From assembly GCF_006345805.1 (NCBI RefSeq), contig NC_043005.1:16926001-16990000 (forward strand): a stretch of 64,000 nt of DNA, written 5' to 3'. The stretch is from Octopus sinensis (lineage: Eukaryota). The notes below the pieces were generated by a model that saw nothing but the letters and a program-made list of their open reading frames with translations, did no database searches and had not been told where the DNA came from. Positions 63,077 through 64,000 of this stretch are shown piece by piece. The position numbers and the translations under genes are program-made. Numbering within the stretch: the stretch's first letter is position 1; each line of letters begins with the position of its first letter.

Positions 63077-63656
63077 TATGTGTGCTTACTGGCTAATTTT
63101 CATTTTTCCTTTATTTGTGTGTAGTATTTTATGTGGTCTATATAAGTTAGTTTTAGAATTATAAAATACCATTTTCTGTTCTATTGAGGATCTCACAGGT
63201 AGTTAATTGTTTCACAAATCAAGCATAGTCTCAGGTTTCTATTTAATTTTCTTACCGTCTCCAAACCACTGACCATAAGAGATCATTGTCAAAAAAAAAC
63301 TTAAAGAATTTGCTAAAAAAATAAAACAGGCATTGAATATTAAGTCAAGGTTTATTTGGATTGTTTAAAAATACTTGCTAATTGTCAAAGCAAACCCTCA
63401 CTTGTTTCTGGAAGGAAAGATGGGCTGTTGTAAAATTGTGCTATAGATCACAAGAGACCATTTAATTTTGCTAATTATCTTCTGGAATGCAAAAGTTTGG
63501 TTGAAGTATGAAATCAAACTCTGTCCCGGTACACATTTCTTGTTCCCTTCCTGAATATAATTTCTTTACTCTTTCTTCTGTTATTTCCAGGGTGATGGCC
63601 AGATGTCACGAGGAATCTACATCAAGTCAGTTGTGCCTGGTGGAGCAGCTGCTTTG
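21063..63656 (+). CDS. AFDN: Afadin (AF6/canoe) orthologue, partial multi-exon CDS: end of RA2, FHA, DIL and N-terminal half of PDZ
   Basis: Eleven GT-AG exons join in frame (2099 nt). The translation matches remembered afadin motifs in the correct order: LPYLVE, LQLNVTEVG, FGPNIHPCHC, FKLAPTYTLY, LAFWMANASE, RRCRVNAALTIQLFSQLFHFINMWLFN, WAEKQGLELAADCHL, FKLNSLQ, LQLPFLLPEDGYSCD, GLSIVAAK, GIYIKSVVPGGAA. Confidence 0.97.
22561..23185 (+). mobile_element. hAT-like MITE interrupted by a SINE; a second, inverted copy lies at about 23640-23942
   Basis: agtggttctcaacc start and atggaccctggttgag end; a ~95-bp segment is the reverse complement of 23850-23942. Confidence 0.55.
22668..23066 (+). mobile_element. 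SINE family 1
   Basis: Full-length copy nested in the hAT-like MITE. Confidence 0.88.
24004..24220 (+). mobile_element. Mariner-derived MITE
   Basis: TA-flanked inverted ends (gaggtgctgaaaagtt / aacttttcagtacccc); retains the transposase C-terminal remnant KLKDHCSKCVNLRGEYVE*. Confidence 0.75.
24475..24628 (-). mobile_element. RTE-clade LINE 3' fragment
   Basis: Minus-strand translation GRPRKTWDEVVKHDLRTLGLTKEMTRDRDLWKYAVREKTRQD*, a typical RTE ORF C-terminus. Confidence 0.85.
24742..24839 (+). CDS. AFDN: Afadin exon (FHA start): GMDEMDGRRHHLQLNVTEVGSEKPTSESGQYLQ
   Basis: ctctacag acceptor, cag/gttagt donor, phase 1/0. Confidence 0.93.
25040..25510 (+). mobile_element. CR1/L2-type LINE 3' fragment, 5'-truncated
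   Basis: ORF 25141..25434 contains LKLRHLATDLVNTHKVI..., TRRHAYKV and FRKHFFTFRVAEAWNKLPASV, which match the CR1 ORF2 C-terminus; (TTA)-rich tail. Confidence 0.85.
25725..25925 (+). CDS. AFDN: Afadin exon (FHA): LFGPNIHPCHCVIAH...HVFRFCDSRSDE
   Basis: ctgtgtag acceptor, gag/gtaata donor, 67 codons, phase 0/0; overlaps ORF 25758..26303. Confidence 0.95.
25960..26300 (+). repeat. Polypyrimidine (CT-rich) tandem tract
   Basis: Repeats of cttctctcttttcctcc and ctctctcttcttgctcc starting about 35 nt after the FHA exon donor. Confidence 0.9.
27553..27777 (+). mobile_element. piggyBac-type MITE family B
   Basis: Near-identical to 53325-53545; gtaacgaaaggg-TTAA end. Confidence 0.75.
27989..28152 (+). 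CDS. AFDN: Afadin exon (FHA-DIL linker): RPSKVSRSPDHRLQ...AREEMLR
   Basis: cttggcag acceptor, aa/gtaaga donor. Phase 0/2 is exactly what is needed to join the flanking exons; little recognisable homology. Confidence 0.8.
28710..29032 (-). mobile_element. SINE family 4
   Basis: Aligns by eye to 37754-38091. Confidence 0.8.
29327..29427 (+). CDS. AFDN: Afadin exon: NAPNSITHSP...DEVLPAALEFRED
   Basis: ttaaag acceptor, g/gtaaat donor, phase 2/1; LPAALEFRE matches vertebrate LPASIEFRE. Confidence 0.93.
30278..30734 (+). mobile_element. SINE family 1, diverged
   Basis: Both modules present with an expanded (TA)n spacer. Confidence 0.8.
31698..31903 (+). CDS. AFDN: Afadin exon: AQTPFLSELIP...FKLAPTYTLYLAIRY...LIQQTIK
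   Basis: ttttcag acceptor, aag/gtaaat donor, phase 1/0. Confidence 0.95.
31973..32176 (-). mobile_element. Retroposon family 3, with about one array unit
   Basis: Reverse copy starting about 70 nt after the afadin exon that ends at 31903. Confidence 0.85.
33258..33790 (+). mobile_element. SINE family 2 split by two tandem family 3 inserts (33330-33655, minus)
   Basis: Head at 33259-33328; the body resumes at tgttctgagttcaaattc (about 33655). Confidence 0.8.
33923..34166 (+). CDS. AFDN: Afadin exon: EKSEDPASLAFWMANASEILNFLKQD...FSVP
   Basis: tttttag acceptor, cag/gtaggt donor, phase 0/1; overlaps ORF 33959..34189. Confidence 0.95.
34831..35051 (+). mobile_element. piggyBac-type MITE family A
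   Basis: TTAA-ccctttag ... ctaaaggg-TTAA; near-identical to the copy at 19349. Confidence 0.85.
35818..36119 (+). CDS. AFDN: Afadin exon (DIL core): ETGYRQKAQPTLGDVL...DCHLCRIIQ
   Basis: atttcag acceptor, cag/gtatgt donor, phase 1/0; overlaps ORF 35808..36140. Confidence 0.97.
37437..37658 (-). mobile_element. piggyBac-type MITE family A, reverse orientation
   Basis: Reverse-complement body with TTAA-cccc and aaaggg ends. Confidence 0.75.
37754..38091 (-). mobile_element. SINE family 4: tRNA head with an RTE-related body
   Basis: Minus strand ggcgcatggctcagtggttagagcg...gagctcgaatccc head; related copies at 28710-29032 and 43173-43469. Confidence 0.85.
38567..39001 (+). CDS. AFDN: Afadin exon (DIL C-terminal part): AAHLLQAPK...GPRLNE
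   Basis: ttcacag acceptor, gag/gtaaga donor, 145 codons; overlaps ORF 38552..39037. Confidence 0.97.
39360..39755 (-). mobile_element. RTE/BovB-like retrotransposon 5' region
   Basis: GC-rich island. The minus strand contains ctcctcaccatggtgggg...gagctctgccg...cctggtagggccacccaagg, resembling remembered RTE/BovB 5' UTR motifs; highly structured. Confidence 0.6.
39559..39747 (-). ncRNA. Candidate HDV-like self-cleaving ribozyme
   Basis: A nested double pseudoknot can be drawn by hand (P1, P2 of 8 bp, P3 of 3 bp, P1.1 CC/GG, P4 with a cUUCGg loop, J4/2 CCAA). L3 is 13 nt and P1 has one mismatch. Confidence 0.4.
40181..40545 (-). mobile_element. Possible non-autonomous Helitron-like element
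   Basis: The minus strand begins A/TCTTTATATATAAAAG followed by tgtctgtc, typical of Helitron 5' ends; it truncates a SINE at 40182. No clear 3' hairpin/CTRR seen. Confidence 0.4.
40861..41388 (+). mobile_element. Retroposon family 3 with about six 63-bp tandem units
   Basis: Unit gtggccgttcgccagcctcgtctggcacctgtgtcggtggcacataaaaaacaccatccgagc recurs at 40921, 40984, 41047, 41110 and 41173. Confidence 0.92.
41741..42110 (+). mobile_element. Retroposon family 3 with three variant units
   Basis: Units contain gccgccttgactggcttcc; (GAT)n tail. Confidence 0.85.
42783..43144. repeat. Near-perfect long inverted repeat (171-bp arms, 20-nt AT spacer)
   Basis: 42783-42953 is the reverse complement of 42974-43144 with two mismatches found. 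Confidence 0.95.
43173..43469 (-). mobile_element. SINE family 4
   Basis: Aligns by eye to 37754-38091. Confidence 0.8.
44217..44865 (+). mobile_element. SINE family 1 spanning the assembly gap
   Basis: Head before and second module after the N run. Confidence 0.85.
44498..44597. other. Assembly gap (100 N) inside an AT microsatellite
   Basis: Run of N. Confidence 1.
47864..47995 (+). CDS. AFDN: Afadin exon (PDZ betaA-betaB): IHQKEGG...EPEIIEVVFEKVKGSIGLSIVAAK
   Basis: cctttcag acceptor, aag/gtgaat donor, phase 0/0. Confidence 0.96.
48550..48790. repeat. Degenerate tandem repeat of about 40-bp units
   Basis: Recurrent taaacctttgaattat/ctgg.acacagtcttc and ccatattccttca.att units. Confidence 0.6.
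48960..49412 (+). mobile_element. Degenerate RTE-clade LINE 3' fragment
   Basis: HCCRAENEVIS...LPWKPSARDTRGHTLSYPDVIARDTGIQQQDLHNAMTDREVWCNVVNSIV...* with the stop at 49402-49404. Confidence 0.8.
49941..49970 (+). CDS. AFDN: Predicted 30-nt microexon A (ITIVDSHGRT)
   Basis: ttttctcattgtgtag acceptor, acg/gtaagt consensus donor, open phase 0/0, and a conserved duplicate at 57085. No transcript evidence available. Confidence 0.7.
50619..50836 (-). mobile_element. tRNA-headed element with a Penelope-type hammerhead motif (copy 1)
   Basis: Minus strand: A-box/B-box-like head (tggcatagtagttaag...gagttcgattcc), then the body, then gacac-ctgatga-a-gattg...cagcc-aaaa-cgt-t-gtgtt at 50665-50710. Confidence 0.65.
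50972..51190 (+). mobile_element. tRNA-headed/hammerhead element copy 2, inverted relative to copy 1
   Basis: B-box remnant and (AAT)n, then gacac-CTGATGA-a-ggctg...caacc-GAAA-tgt-t-aggtt at 51069-51114. Confidence 0.65.
52240..52665 (+). mobile_element. SINE family 1
   Basis: Full-length copy close to the family majority sequence. Confidence 0.9.
53113..53309 (+). mobile_element. hAT (Charlie-like) MITE
   Basis: Inverted ends cagtggttttcaa / atgaaaagcactg with a perfect 8-bp target-site duplication GACTATGG (53105-53112 and 53310-53317). Confidence 0.9.
53325..53545 (+). mobile_element. piggyBac-type MITE family B
   Basis: TTAA-ccctttcattac ... gtaacgaaaggg-TTAA; a diverged relative lies at 55993-56196. 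Confidence 0.85.
54845..55370 (-). mobile_element. piggyBac-type MITE family A with a ~300-bp internal insertion
   Basis: TTAA-ccctttag and ctaaaggg-TTAA ends; the body is interrupted at about 54955-55255. Confidence 0.8.
55400..55925 (-). mobile_element. Retroposon family 3 with a long heterogeneous array
   Basis: Reverse copy with repeated aacgatcacgctc...atggtgc units. Confidence 0.85.
57085..57114 (+). CDS. AFDN: Predicted 30-nt microexon B (ITIVDSHGRV)
   Basis: Same acceptor, gtg/gtaagt donor, phase 0/0; differs from microexon A only in the last codon. Confidence 0.7.
57770..58165. repeat. Long imperfect inverted repeat (foldback or MITE-like)
   Basis: 57813-57925 pairs with about 57975-58098; outer arms 57775-57808 and 58125-58160 also pair. 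Confidence 0.85.
58928..59338 (-). mobile_element. SINE family 1
   Basis: Full-length copy. Confidence 0.9.
59608..59849 (-). mobile_element. SINE family 2
   Basis: Full-length reverse copy. Confidence 0.85.
60411..60600. mobile_element. Inverted pair of truncated hammerhead-element copies
   Basis: Minus partial copy 60411-60502 abuts a plus copy with gacac-ctaatga-a-ggctg...cagcc-aaaa-tgt-t-gtgtt at 60505-60550. Confidence 0.6.
62170..62535 (-). mobile_element. Retroposon family 3 with three units
   Basis: Reverse copy. Confidence 0.88.
63591..63656 (+). CDS. AFDN: Afadin exon (PDZ betaC-alphaA): GDGQMSRGIYIKSVVPGGAAAL
   Basis: ttatttccag acceptor, ttg/gtaagt donor, phase 0/0. Confidence 0.96.
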
Positions 63657-64000
63657 GTAAGTCATTCAATATATAATAATAATAATAATAATTAATAATA
63701 ATAAAATTATTGTATACTGTGCTCAAGTGCACCACAACTTGTCAAAAGTGTGTATAAAGCATATGCAGTAATGTACAAATGTCTGGAAAGTGAAAAGTGT
63801 ATGAGTCAGATACATGCTTACATGTGTATGGAGGGGAGAAATATTATCCAGGTATATGGATACCAGGAGAATATAATATTTAAAAAGGTACCTTAAGAAT
63901 AATTGGGATGAAACTTCATTCCAAAGACATGTTTGTTCCAGTAAATTGTGGCATTTTTAGAGAATTGTCCAAAGAGAATATTTATGAAAATTCTTTAAAA

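Noticed and set aside
63240-63460. Short complementarities to the conserved microexon-downstream blocks (possible docking site)
   Set aside because: Only 7-8-nt matches (cttaccgt, tgaccat, gagacca), which are expected by chance in a 15-kb intron.

Overview
AT-rich, repeat-dense animal genomic DNA. The SINE and microsatellite landscape looks like an octopus or other coleoid cephalopod (inference). The window holds the middle of one + strand gene, afadin (AFDN/AF6/canoe). Eleven phase-consistent exons (21063-63656, 2099 nt, no stops) encode the end of RA2, the FHA domain, the DIL domain and the first half of the PDZ domain; the gene continues beyond both window edges. Introns are filled with four SINE-like families, piggyBac-type and hAT MITEs, mariner derivatives, CR1 and RTE LINE fragments, a 5S rRNA-derived element and microsatellites. 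Main discoveries: (1) two tandem-duplicated 30-nt frame-preserving microexons (ITIVDSHGRT at 49941-49970 and ITIVDSHGRV at 57085-57114) that would insert into the PDZ betaB-betaC loop, each with conserved flanking motif arrays; (2) a candidate HDV-like ribozyme at the 5' end of an RTE element (39559-39747, minus strand); (3) a tRNA-headed element carrying a Penelope-type minimal hammerhead ribozyme, present as inverted pairs; (4) several long intronic hairpins, including a near-perfect 171-bp-arm palindrome. All alignments and folds were done by eye and need computational confirmation.
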